Under the pieces are notes generated by a model. It worked only from the letters and a program-made list of their open reading frames with translations, was not told the DNA's origin and made no database searches. The translations under genes were made by a program, and so were the position numbers. From assembly GCA_963773625.1 (NCBI GenBank), contig CAVZCJ010000005.1:2000-65999 (forward strand): a stretch of DNA of 64,000 nucleotides, given 5' to 3'. This stretch comes from an uncultured Alphaproteobacteria bacterium. GTDB lineage: Bacteria; Pseudomonadota; Alphaproteobacteria; ATCC43930; CGMCC-115725. Positions within the stretch are counted from its first letter, which is position 1, and every line of letters begins with the position of its first letter. This document shows positions 39,750 to 50,210 of the stretch, one piece after another.

Positions 39750-39876
39750 ATGCGGGAGAGGGTGGCCGGCGCGTAGCGGCGGCCGGGTGAGGGTGTCGAG
39801 GACAAAAACACGGGCTCGACGGCTTCGGCAATCCCTGACCGATGCCGAGCGGCGCCTATGGTTTGCGATGCGCGAC
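39750..39876 (+). pseudogene. Remnant of a DUF559 (Vsr-like endonuclease domain) gene: 5' fragment only, with in-frame TAG and a frame shift
   Basis: ATG 39750: MRERVAGA*RRPGEGV.. then, in another phase, ..KTRARRLRQSLTDAERRLWFAMRD. This matches the usual DUF559 N-terminus (..AR.LR...TDAE..LW..LR). Similarity stops about 39870, where the next gene's 3' end begins. Confidence 0.55.
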
Positions 39877-40176
39877 GGCAGCGACGGCTTTCGTGATTGC
39901 CTTGAACTCGTCGATTGCGGTCTGTTCGGTGTCGGTCAGTTTTCGGCCGGGCCGGAAGTGCTCAAGGAGCACGAGCAGCGCGTCCTCGATGCGGCCGAGT
40001 TGCTTGCCGTAGCTGGCGACGTCGGTGAGGATTTCCTCTTCGACCGCCGGCTCAGATGACTGCCCCAGCTCGATGTTGACGAGGCCGAACTGGCTGCCCA
40101 TGGGGTTGAACGTCCAGGTCCAGGGGTTGATCGATTGCGTGACGTTGCCGGAAAGCGGCAGGCGAAAGACAGGCAT
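39856..40176 (-). CDS. Hypothetical protein, 106 aa
   Basis: ATG 40176 inside ORF 39856..40449, preceded by GGAGGT: MPVFRLPLSGNVTQSINPWTWTFNPMGSQFGLVNIELGQSSEPAVEEEILTDVASYGKQLGRIEDALLVLLEHF... I do not recognise a family. The upstream part of the ORF is Arg-rich junk. Confidence 0.6.
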   Translation of the reverse strand: MPVFRLPLSGNVTQSINPWTWTFNPMGSQFGLVNIELGQSSEPAVEEEILTDVASYGKQLGRIEDALLVLLEHFRPGRKLTDTEQTAIDEFKAITKAVAAVAHRKP

Positions 40177-40244
40177 TGGGACCTCCACCGGATCAGCGCG
40201 GGCGGTTGCCACCCCGCAAGTCGCGCGCCGCCCGGCGGCGGCGC

Positions 40245-40962
40245 TCAATCTCCCGCGATCGCTCGCTTCACCCACTCCGGCACGGTCTCGGTGAGCGGGC
40301 CGTAAGTGCTCTCGCCGAATTCGGGCGATAGCGGGGTCGGCTCGGCGGCGAATTCGATGGTGCGGGCGCCGGCGCGCTTCGCGTCGGCGAGGAACGAGTG
40401 GCCCGGCTCGCCGCCGCCGGCATTGCCGATCGAGACGAAGGTCTCGCACGTCGCGAGCGCGATAAACACCGTGTCGACCCGCAACGGTTCCTCGCCAACC
40501 CAGACGATGTGCGGGCGCAGATGCCCGTTATTGCCGCAGATCGGGCAATCGTCGGCGTCGCTCAGATCGTCGAACCAATCGCTGACCTTGGTGCAAATGG
40601 TGCAGCGCGCCTTCAAGAGCTCGCCATGGGTGTGGATCACCGCCTGCGCCCCGGCGCGCTCGTGCAGATCGTCGATATTGCGGGTGACGACCAGCACTTC
40701 GCCGGGCCGGGTCAGATCGAGCGCGGCGAGGCCGTCATGCGCGAGGATTGGGCTTGACCGCGTGCAGTTCGCGCCGGCGCCGGTTGTAGAAATCGAATAC
40801 GCGCTCCGGGTCGCGGGCGAAGCCGTCGCGCGTCACCACGTCGTCGAGCGACACGCCGGGCGGCATCGCCGCCGGGTCGAACGGCGCGAAGCCGGATTCA
40901 CGTGACAGGCCAGGCCCGGTGAAGACGACGATTTTCGGCGGCTTGGGAAAGGGGCTGGGCAT
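40245..40962 (-). pseudogene. cobB: NAD-dependent protein deacylase (Sir2/CobB family), one frame shift as assembled
   Basis: ORF 40735..40962 (..IVVFTGPGLSRESGFAPF..) joins ORF 40245..40697 (..VVTRNIDDLHERAG...HGELLKARCTICTK...CPICGNNGHLRPHIVWVGE). Sirtuin GAGxS-type loop and 2x CxxC zinc ribbon. Break ~40745. Confidence 0.88.
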
Positions 40963-41013
40963 GGGCCTTAATGATAGACCCGTTTGCGCCCGATCGGACC
41001 TCGCCGTAGCGCT

Positions 41014-41367
41014 TTAGGCGCTCAGTTTCATTCCGAAATGGTGCTTACGCTGTGGTTTCGCGCGATCGATCGCCTGTTGCGCCAAATCCAGCCGCCCGGT
41101 GCGCGCGATCTCCTGGCGGAAGATTGTTTCGCTCAGCACCGTCTGTTCGAGCGCACGCGTGGCCTTGATCTCCCGGCCCACCCGCCAGGCGCCGAAGGCG
41201 CCGCCGACAGCCATGACGGCGCCCAGCATCGTCGCCCACCAAAGGGGCAATTCCATGACGCCAAGCGGCAGACAGGCGACACCCATCAACATCACCAGCC
41301 ACAAAATGGCGCGCTGTATTTTGAGCTCAGTCATCGGTTTCGACATCGCCGGCCACCCGGACCGCAA
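41014..41367 (-). CDS. Hypothetical membrane protein (two predicted TM helices)
   Basis: ORF 41014..41367: ..AILWLVMLMGVACLPLGVMELPLWWATMLGAVMAVGGAFGAW.. then a charged tail. The start may be an internal Met (MSKPMTELK). No family recognised. Confidence 0.5.
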   Translation of the reverse strand: MRSGWPAMSKPMTELKIQRAILWLVMLMGVACLPLGVMELPLWWATMLGAVMAVGGAFGAWRVGREIKATRALEQTVLSETIFRQEIARTGRLDLAQQAIDRAKPQRKHHFGMKLSA

Positions 41368-41480
41368 GGTTAACGAACTATAGATGGCGATTATTGCGCG
41401 ACTTCCATGGAGAATTCTGCAACATTTGAAGTTAATTCGTGGAGGTTAATAATTAATTGCCTGCTACTGACAATTCGCGC

Positions 41481-42744
41481 TCAGCTTGACGCCGGATGCT
41501 GGTATTCCGGAACCCGGTAATAGACCCAGACGAGGTTGAGCGCCAGCACCGCGCCGGTCATCAGGAACACCCAGGAAAGTCCCAATCCCGCGGCGAGGAA
41601 TCCGCCAAAGAGCGGCCCCAGCGAGTTGCCGAGGAACATCGCCGACGAGGTCATGCCGTAAACCGTGCCGCGCTCGGAGCGGGGCACGAGGCGCCCGACC
41701 AGCGCGTTGGCGGTCGGCAACAGTCCGCCGATGAAGAGGCCGACCGCGAAACGCTCGGCGGTGAAGACCCAGTAATTATGGGTGAAGGCCTGCGGGAGCG
41801 TCGTCAGCGTCGCGCCGAGCAGCGCGATCAGCAGCACCTTTCGATAGCCGATCTGATCGCTGCGGTTGCCGAGAAACGGCGCCGAGATCACGTTGGCGAC
41901 CCCGGTGATCGAGAACGCGATGCCGGCGAGGGTGGCGACATTGGGTAGGTTGCCGACCATCTCCTTGACGTAGAGCGTGACGATCGGCTGCACCGTGCGC
42001 ACGCCGAACTGCGCCATCAGCAGCACGAAGAAGAGCGCGAGCAGGGCCGGCGAGCGGATCAGCGCGATCGAGCCCGGCGGTTACCGTTCGGCCGCCACCG
42101 CTCTTGGTCGGCCGCACGAATTCCTCATGCACCCCGAACCAGACAAAGCCGAGGGACACCAGGATCGTCGCGGAGGTCAGGTAGAACGGGATGCGGTAGC
42201 TGCCGGTGAGGTCGGCGAGCCCGCCGCCGATAATCGGCCCGACCAGCGAGCCAACAAGCTGCCCGGTCGATAGCCACCCCAGCGAATAGCCAAGCCGCCC
42301 TTCCGGCACCTGGCTCGCGACCAGCGCGATCGCCGACGATGAGAACCCGGCGAAGACGCCCATCAGCGCCCGCGCACCAAAAAACTGCCAGACATTCGCC
42401 GACAGCCCCATCAGCGCGGCGAAAAACCCGACCGCGAGGCTCGAGCGGATCAGCATCAGCTTGCGGCCGTGCGTGTCGGCCACCTTTCCCCACAAGGGCG
42501 AGGCAAAGGCGGCGATGAACGAGGTGATGCCGGAGAGGATACCCGCCCAGATGTCGATGCCGGCCTCGGTCCTGACCCCCAGCTCGGGCAGGAACAGCGG
42601 CATGATCGGGGTCAGCATCGAAAACGCCATCGTCATCACGAACTGGATGGCGACCATCGCCCACAGCGTCTGCTGCCAATGCGCCGCCGCGCCGCTCTCC
42701 TCGGGGGCGGGCTCTTCGGTCTCGCCGGCGCGCAGTTCGGCCAT
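41481..42744 (-). pseudogene. MFS transporter (12-TM drug/H+ antiporter-like), one frame shift as assembled
   Basis: ORF 41776..42744 (..WAMVAIQFVMTMAFSMLTPIMPLFL...PLWGKVADTHGRKLML..) joins ORF 41481..42026 (..LLMAQFGVRTVQPIVTLYVKE...GNRSDQIGYRKVLL..). Break about 42070. Confidence 0.85.
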
Positions 42745-42823
42745 GAAACAGCATGCCCCTCGTAAGCTTGTGGAGTGTAGCGCCTCCCGGCATGATCGTA
42801 GCGATGCAAGGAGCGTGCAGGAT

Positions 42824-44038
42824 ATGAAGTTCGGGATTTTCTACGAGCTGCAGATGCCGCGGCCCTGGGTCGCCGATGGCGAGCTCACCCTCTACCAGAA
42901 CGCGCTCGACCAGGTCGAGCTGGCCGACCGGCTCGGCTACGACTTCGCCTGGGAGGTCGAGCACCATTTCCTCGAGGAATATTCCCACTCGCCGGCGCCA
43001 GAGGTGTTCCTCGCCGCGGCTAGCCAGCGGACCAAGAACATCCGCCTCGCGCACGGCATCATGCAGCTGACGACGACGCACCCGGCGCGCTGCGCCGAGC
43101 GCATCGGCGCGCTCGACCTGGTCAGCCGCGGGCGGGTCGAGTTCGGCACTGGCGAGAGCGCCAGCTCGACCGAGCTGGAGCCGTTCGGCGTCGCCTACGA
43201 CGAAAAGCGGGCGATGTGGGAAGAGGCGATCCGCGCCATCGTCCCGATGTTCAAGGATGGCGCCAGCGAGCATCACGGCAAGTATTTCGACATGCCGCTG
43301 CGCCGCGTGCTGCCGAAGCCGATCCAGAAGCCGCACCCGCCGATCTGGGTCGCCTGCTCGGCGCTGGAGACGATCGAGATGGCCGGGCGGCGAGGCCTCG
43401 GCGCGCTGGCGTTCCAGTTCCTCTCCGCCGACGCGGCGCATGCCTGGGTACACGCCTACTACAACGCGTTCGTCAAACGGCAGGACAAGCTCGCCGATTA
43501 CCAGGTCAACCCGAACATCGCGCTGACCAGCTATTTCATGTGCGCCGAGACCGACGAGGAGGCGCGCCGCCGCGCCGACGGCATCCCGTTCTTCCAGTTC
43601 GCGCTGCGCTTCTACGGGCAGAGCGCGACCCGCGAGCGGCCGGCGCCGGGCACGGTCAACCTCTGGGACGAATACGAGAAGTGGAAGCGCGAGAACCCGG
43701 AGGGACTGCCGCGCGCGCTGCGTGGCGGCCTGATCGGCTCGCCCGAGACGATCCGCACAAGCTGCGCCGGTTCGAGACCTCGCATATCGACCAGGTCATC
43801 CTGCTCAACCAGGCCGGCAACAACACCCACGAGCATATCTGCGAGAGCCTCGACCTCTTCGCCCGCGAGGTGATGCCCGAGTTCCACGCCAACATCCCCG
43901 AGCAGGACGCGTGGAAGGCGAAGGTGCTGACCGGCGAGATCGAGCTCGAAGAGATCGACACCGAGCCGTTCCGCGACCGCTACGGGCCCAATTCGGTGCA
44001 GCTGCGACCGGCGATCGGCCCGACAGGCGGCGGAGTAA
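42824..44038 (+). pseudogene. LLM-class flavin-dependent oxidoreductase; frame shift ~43755 and unresolved 3' end
   Basis: ATG 42824 inside ORF 42461..43873 (MKFGIFYELQMPRPW...GYDFAWEVEHHFLEEYSHSPAP...) joins the ORF 43216..44193 phase (..KLRRFETSHIDQVILLNQAGNNTHEHICESLDLFAREVMPEF..). As assembled there is no stop before the next LLM. A TAA at 44036-44038 (TAATG junction) lies in the gene's original phase. Confidence 0.8.
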
Positions 44039-44937
44039 TGCTCCCCGCCCTCTCCCTCGTCGCCGTCCCCGGCCGGCGCCAGGCGACCCTGGAGCTGGCG
44101 CGCGAGATCGAGCGCCGCGGCTTCGCCGGTATCTACGTGCCGAGCATCTTCGGCAACATGGCGCAATGCACCGCGCTGGCGCTGGCGACCTAGCGCATCA
44201 GGATCGCCACCGCGATCGCCCCGATCTACGCCCGCACGGCGGAAGATTTCGCCCACGGCGCCGCCTATATCCACGAGATCTCCGGCGGGCGTTTCGCCTT
44301 TGGCATCGGCGTCGCCCATGGCCCGAGCCATATCCGCATGGGGGTCACCCCAGGCAAGCCGCTCGGCGACATCCGCGCCTTTGTCGAGAAGATGCATTCC
44401 TACGACGGCATCGGCGCCTTCCCGCCGATCATCCTCGCCGCGCTCAGGAAGCGCATGGTCGCGCTCGCCGGCGAGATCGCCGAGGGGCTGATCTTCGCCA
44501 ATGCCAGTCGCTCGCACATGCGGGAGTCGCTGTCGGTGTTGCCGGCGGCGAAGCGCGCCGACCCCGATTTCCTCGTCGCCAACATGATCCCGACCTGCAT
44601 CGCCGACGATGTCGAGGCGGCGAAGGCGGTCAATCGCCGCACCCTCACGCGCTACACGATGCTGCCCAATTACCGCAATTACTGGAAGGAAGCGGGCTAC
44701 GTCGACGAGATGAACGCGATCGAAAGCGCCGCCGCCGAGGGCCGCCAATCCGATATTCCGAGCTTGATGAGCGACAAATGGCTGGCCGACGCCACGCTGT
44801 TCGGCTCCGCCGCCGCGGTGCGCGACGGCATCGAGGCTTGGCGCGAGGCCGGGGTCACGACCCCGGTCATCGTCCCGTCCTCGGCCTCGGGCAACCAGCT
44901 GAAGGCGGTCGAGGAGCTATTCGCGGCGTACGCCTAG
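44038..44937 (+). pseudogene. LLM-class (F420-type-like) oxidoreductase with an in-frame TAG at codon 52
   Basis: ATG 44038: MLPALSLVAVPGRRQATLELAREIERRGFAGIYVPS..ALALAT, then TAG (44191-44193), then the same phase continues RIRIATAIAPIYART...GGRFAFGIGVAHG... into ORF 44338..44937. Confidence 0.8.
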
Positions 44938-44945
44938 GGGAAGGC

Positions 44946-45860
44946 TTACCGCTCGCGCATCTTCGGGTCGAGCACGTCGCGCAGCGCGTCGCCGAACAGG
45001 TTGATGCCGAACACCGTCAGCATGATCGCCAGGCCGGGGAAGATCGCGATCCACGGCGCGGTCGACGCGTATTCCTCGGCGCCGCCTTGCAGCATCAGCC
45101 CCCAGGCCGCGACCGGCTCCTGCACCCCGAGGCCCGAGATAGGACAGCGAGGCCTCGGCGAGGATCGCCTGGCCGACGAACGAGGTCAGCATGATCAGGA
45201 ACGGCGCCACCACGTTTGGCACCATGTGGTTGAGAATGATCCGCGAATGGCTGTAGCCGAGCGCGCGGGCGGCATCGACATAGGGTACTTCGCGGATCGC
45301 CAGCGCGCTCGACCGCACCACCCGCGCGCAGCGCGGGATCAGCGGGATGGTGATGGCGATGATGACGTTTTGCACGCCGGTGCCGAAGATCGACACCACC
45401 GCCAGCGCCATGATGATCAGCGGGAACGCCATCACGATGTCGAGGATGCGCTGCAGGAAGAGGTCGATGCGGCCGCCGAAATAGGCGCTGCCGACGCCGA
45501 GAACCAGTCCGCTGAACCCGCCGACCACCGCCGAGGTGATGCCGACGATAAAGGCGGTGCGCGCGCCGAAGAGGATGCGCGAGAGGATGTCGCGCCCCAG
45601 TTGGTCGGTGCCGAGCCAGTGCGCCCAGCTCGGCGCCTCGGTCATCGCGGCGAAATCGTTGGAGGTCGGGTTGTAGGGCGCGATCCAATCGGCGGTGAGC
45701 CCGGCGAGCCCGAAAATCGCGACCAGCACGATGCCGATCGTGCCGACCGGCTGGCGGACGGACGAAGCGCGTTGACGGCGCTCCAGATGCCGCGCGGCGC
45801 GACGTAGGTATCGTCGCTGAAAACGGCGGCGCCGGTTGGGGTCGGGGCGATGTCGGTCAT
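44946..45860 (-). pseudogene. ABC transporter permease (DppC/OppC type), two frame shifts as assembled
   Basis: ORF 45642..45860 (MTDIAPTPTGAAVFSDD..), then the ORF 44917..46371 phase (..VGTIGIVLVAIFGLAGLTADWIAPYNP...GTDQLGRDILSRILFGAR...EASLSYLG), then a tail LGVQEPVAAWGLML...DALRDVLDPKMRER* with stop 44946-44948. Confidence 0.85.
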
Positions 45861-45869
45861 CGTGATGCC

Positions 45870-46845
45870 CTATCTCAAGCGGATGCGCGGGTCGAGCCAC
45901 GCATAGAAAAGATCGACAACGAGATTGCTCAGCACGGCGAGGGTCACGACCAGCATGACCAGCGCCTGGGTCAGCGTGTAGTCCTGGTTCTGCACCGACA
46001 GCACCATCAGCCGGCCGATGCCGTTCAAATTGAACACCTGCTCGGTGACGACGAGCCCGCCGATCAGGAAGGCGAACTCGATGCCGATCACGGTTACCAC
46101 CGGCAGCAGCGCGTTTTTCAGCGCATGCCGGTTGATGACGATCTTTTCGAGCAGGCCCTTTGCCCGCGCGGTGCGGATGTAATCCTCGCGCAGCACCTCG
46201 AGCATCGCCGAGCGGGTCATCCGCATCGACACCGCGGCATAGCGGTAGCCGACGGTGATCGCCGGCAGCATGACGATCGACAGGTTGCGGATCGGGTCCT
46301 TCCAGATCGGCACGTAGTCGATCGAGGGCATCCAGGGATGGCCGGTGATCGCCTGGCTCGACATCGAGCACGAGCAGGATCGAGATGATGCCGAGCCAGA
46401 AGGCCGGGGTCGCGATCCCGGCGATCGAGAAGGTGCGGACCAGCGAGATCGATCCAGGTATTCTGCTTCAACGCCGAGATCGTGCCCAGCGGGATGGCGA
46501 TCGCGATCGCGATGATCGTCGCCATGCACCGCGACCTCGAGCGAGACCGGGAAGCGGGTGGCGATCTCTTGGACGACCGGCTTTCCCGACCACATCGAGA
46601 TGCCGAAATCGCCACGCGCCAGGCCCCAGATGAAGTTCCAGAATTGCACGCAGCCAGGGCTTGTCGATGCCGATCTCGGCATGGCAGGCGGCGAGCGCCT
46701 GCTCCGAGAAGCTGGTGCCGCCGGAGCCGAGCCGCACCAGGCAGATATCGCCTGGGATCAGCCGCATCAGGATGAACACCAGCGCCGCCGCTCCCACGAG
46801 CGTCGGGATCACCAGCAGGAGGCGGCTGACAATGTAGCGGTGCAT
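45870..46845 (-). pseudogene. ABC transporter permease (DppB/OppB type), about four frame shifts as assembled
   Basis: ORF 46468..46845 (MHRYIVSRLLLVIPTLVGAAALVFILMRLIPGD..), then pieces in ORFs 45870..46682, 46217..46615 and 44917..46371 (..FWNFIWGLARGDFGISMWSGKPV.., ..MATIIAIAIAIPLGTISALKQNTWID.., ..VRTFSIAGIATPAFWLGII..), ending ..EDYIRTARAKGL...LDPRIRLR*. Phase falls by one at each junction. Confidence 0.85.
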
Positions 46846-46885
46846 CGCCTTCGTTCGGTCTCCGTGATCCGTCCCGTCCGGCGTT

Positions 46886-48497
46886 CTATTGATCGAGCCA
46901 GATGTTCGCCAGGTCCTGGTTGATGTAATGGCTCGGGCTGATCTTCCAGCCTTTCACGTAAGACCGGTATGGCACGATCCGATACCACCACGCCATCATA
47001 ACCTTGTGCGCCTTGGTATCCATGACGTACTTGGCGAATTGGAACATCGCCGCGTGTTGCTTGGCCGGGTCGGTTTCGTGCAAGGCCTTGTTGTAGAGGT
47101 CCATTTCTTCGGGGTCTTCATAGTTGCCGTAATTCTGCTCGCTGACCGAGGTCGGCAGATAGGGCTGGACGTCGATCAGCGGGTTGACGACGCTGTGGCA
47201 ATTGGCCTGCAGGTCGACCGCGAAATTGCCGCTGCGCTCGGCCTCGAACCACGGGCCGGTGGGCATCACTTTCTGCGTTACCTTGACGCCGATCTTGCTC
47301 CAGTCGTCGACCGCCCAGATGCCGACAAACTTGTAGGGCTGGTCGACAGCGCGGTTGATCAGTTCGAAGGTCAGGTTTTCCTGTCCCGCCTCCTTCAGCA
47401 GCCGCTTGGCTTCGGCCCGCGACTTCTCGATGTCGGGCCCGAAGCCGGCGATGCTTGTCAGCTCGTCCTTGTTCGGCGCCAGCGGCGAGCCGGGAAAGAT
47501 GATGCTGCCGACGGTCTTGACGTCGGCGATCTTCGACAAGGCCGGCGCGCTGCCCCAGCGGTCGATCGCCAGCGTCAGCGCGCGCCGAACCCGCACGTCG
47601 TCGAACGGCTTCACCTTCTCGTTGATGGTAATGACGCTGCCGCAGTTCCAGTCGCTTTCCTGCACCGCGATCTTGTCGCCGAGCGCCTGTTTTAGTTCGT
47701 CGCGCGCCGAGGGCGGGAAGCCGCGGAATTCGATCGCGGCCTGGTCGGATCGGATCGCGTCGATCCGGGTTACCTGCTTGGCGGCGAAAATGCCCTTGAT
47801 ACCGTCAAGATAGGGTTGGCCCGCATGATAGTAATCGGGGTTCCGCACGCCCTCGATCGACTGGCCGGTCTCAAGCTTGACGAACTTGAACGGGCCGGAG
47901 CCCATGATGTTCTTCTCGTACCAGTGTGGCCCGCGGGCCGGATCGTCGAGGATCGCCTTCTCGTAGATCCACCCAAAGGGGTCGGCCAGCGCCGGCAAAA
48001 AGGCGCTGGTCGCGTATTTGAGGCGGAACACGACGGTCGTCGGGTCGGGGTTTTCGACCTTGTCGACCATCATGAAATTGGCCTGGCGCGGACTCAGGAC
48101 GCCCTGGTCAGGGAATATGATCTCCTGCCAGCTCTTGGCGACGTCGGCGGCGGTGAGCGGCGTGCCGTCGTGGAACTTCACGCCGGTGCGAATCTTGAAC
48201 GTGTAGGTCTTGCCGTCATCGGTCGGCTTCGGCATCTCGGTGCACAGATCGCACACGAAATCGGTGGTCGAAGACGGGTTGTCTGGGTTGATCCGGATGA
48301 GGACGCTGTAGTACGGCGCCGCGGTGTGGATCGTCGCGTAGGTCGTCTCGCGGTGGCCGTCGAGGCTTGGCGGCGCATCCGACGGGAATCATGTAGGTCA
48401 GCGTGCCGCCGCGCTTCGGCGTGTCGGCAGCGTGTCCCGGTCCAATGCCGAGGGCAAGCGCCGTCCCTGCCATGGCTACTCGCGCGAGAAAGTTCAT
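46886..48497 (-). pseudogene. ABC transporter substrate-binding protein, family 5 (DppA/OppA-like), paralogue 1, one frame shift
   Basis: ATG 48497 (GGAGG upstream): MNFLARVAMAGTALALGIGPGHAADTPKRGGTLTYMIP, then ORF 46886..48256 (..CDLCTEMPKPTDDGKTYTFKIRTGVKFHDG...VKGWKISPSHYINQDLANIWLDQ). The break is an extra base in ggg at 48384-48386. Confidence 0.88.
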
Positions 48498-48556
48498 CGT
48501 CGCCTCCCTATGCGTATCCCACTGGTGCTGCTTATGTTTGGTATTGGCTCGATCTC

Positions 48557-50165
48557 CTACTGATCGAGCCACACCGTCCCAAGGTCTTGGTTGACGTAAT
48601 GGCTGGGGCCGATCTTCCAGCCTTTGACGTAGGCGCGGTAGGGCACGATGCGCTGCCACCACAGCAGGAAGATGCCGTGCGCCTGCTCGTCGAGCACGTA
48701 TTTGTTGAACTCGAGGATCAGCTGCTTCTGCTTCGCCTTATCGAGCTCGCGCAGCATGCGGTTGTAGAGGTCGACCTCGTGCTGATCGTCCTCGAAATTG
48801 CCGTAGTTTCCCTCCGAGATCGTGTGCGGCAGGTACTTGCCGACATCGGCGAGCGGATTGACGACGTTCTGGCAATTGCCTTCGACGGTCACGTCGAAAT
48901 CCTCGGCGCGCATTGCCGCGAACCACGGTCCGGTCGGCAGCACCTTTTGGGTGACGTGAACACCAATCTTCGCCCATTGGTCGACCACCCAGATGCCGTA
49001 ATATTTGTAGGGCTGGTCGGTCGAGCGGTTGAGCAAGGTAAACGTGAGGTTTTCCTGGCCCGCCTCCTTCAGCAGGCGCCGCGCCTCGGCCCGCGATTTC
49101 TCGATGTCGGGCCAGTAGCCGGCGATCTGCTGGAGTTCGTCTTTGCTCGGCGCCAGCGGCGAGCCCGGGAAGGTAAGCCCGCCCACCGTGTGCACAATGG
49201 CGATCTTGGAGAGATCGGCGGCGCTGCCCCAGCGGTCGATCGCCAAAGTCAGAGCGCGGCGCACGCGCACGTCGTCGAACGGCTTTTTCTTATGGTTCGG
49301 GGTTATCAGCCCGCCGCAATTCCAGTCGCTGGTCTGCACCGCGAGCTGGTCGCCTAGCGCCTGCTTCAGCTCGTCGCGCACCGTCGGCGGGAAACCGCGG
49401 AACTCGATCGCCGCCTGGCCGCTGCGAATGGCCTCGACGCGGGTCACCTGCTTGTCGGCGTAAACGCCCTTGAAGCCGTCGAGATAGGGCAGGCCCGTGT
49501 GATAGTAGTCCGGGTTCCGCACGCCCTCGATCGACTGCCCAGTCTCGTATTTGACGAACTTGAAAGGGCCGGAGCCCATGATGTTCTTCTCGTACCAGTG
49601 GATGTCCTGGTCGAGCTTCGCCTTGCTGTAGATCCAGGCATAGGGATCGGCCAGCGCCGGCAAAAATGCGTCGGTCGCGTATTTGAGATGGAAGACGATG
49701 GTCTGCGGGTCGGGCGCCTCGATCTTGTCGACCATGACGAAATTGCTCTGGCGCGGGCTGACGACGCCCTGCTGGCGGGAAGATGATCTTGTTCCACGAG
49801 GCCAGCACGTCGGCGGAGGTCAGCGGCGTGCCGTCATGAAATTTGACGCCGGTGCGGATCTTGAAGGTCCAGGTCTTGCCGTTGTCCGTCGGCGCCGGCA
49901 TCTCGGTGCAGAGATCGCAGACGAGATTCGGCGAGCCCGGGTCCATCGGATTGACGCGGATCAAGGTCGAATAAAACGGCGCCGCGGAGTGGATCGTCGC
50001 GTAGGTTTCCTCCCGGTGCGCGTCGAAGCTCGGCGGCGCGTCGGCCGGGATCATGTAAACGAGGGTGCCGCCGCGTTTTGGCGTATCCTCGGCTGCCGCC
50101 GGCAACGCAATCGTGACAGCCAACACGACGGCGCAAGCCCAGCGCCACCACAACGTCCTTCGCAT
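48557..50165 (-). pseudogene. ABC transporter substrate-binding protein, family 5, paralogue 2, one frame shift
   Basis: ORF 49290..50165 (MRRTLWWRWACAVVLAVTIALPAAAEDTPKRGGTLVYMIPADAPPSFD..CDLCTEMPAPTDNGKTWTFKI..) joins ORF 48557..49735 (..VKGWKIGPSHYVNQDLGTVWLDQ). Break ~49775. Confidence 0.88.
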
Positions 50166-50210
50166 CTCCCCACTCCCCTGTTTGCGTGTTGGCCGCTGTT
50201 TTCCCGCAGT

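Noticed and set aside
40245-40962. Sir2-domain gene as part of an anti-phage system (Thoeris ThsA, DSR, SIR2-HerA type)
   Set aside because: The protein is short (~238 aa) with the CobB-type Rossmann loop and a 2x CxxC zinc ribbon. It has no SLOG/TIR/HerA/helicase partner or large extra domain nearby. Its neighbours are a small acidic protein and a two-TM protein with no nuclease or NTPase motifs.
47816-49357. 513-aa plus-strand ORF spanning two SBP genes
   Set aside because: It runs antisense across the SBP1/SBP2 junction, including the spacer, with no family resemblance. The minus strand encodes the recognisable SBPs.
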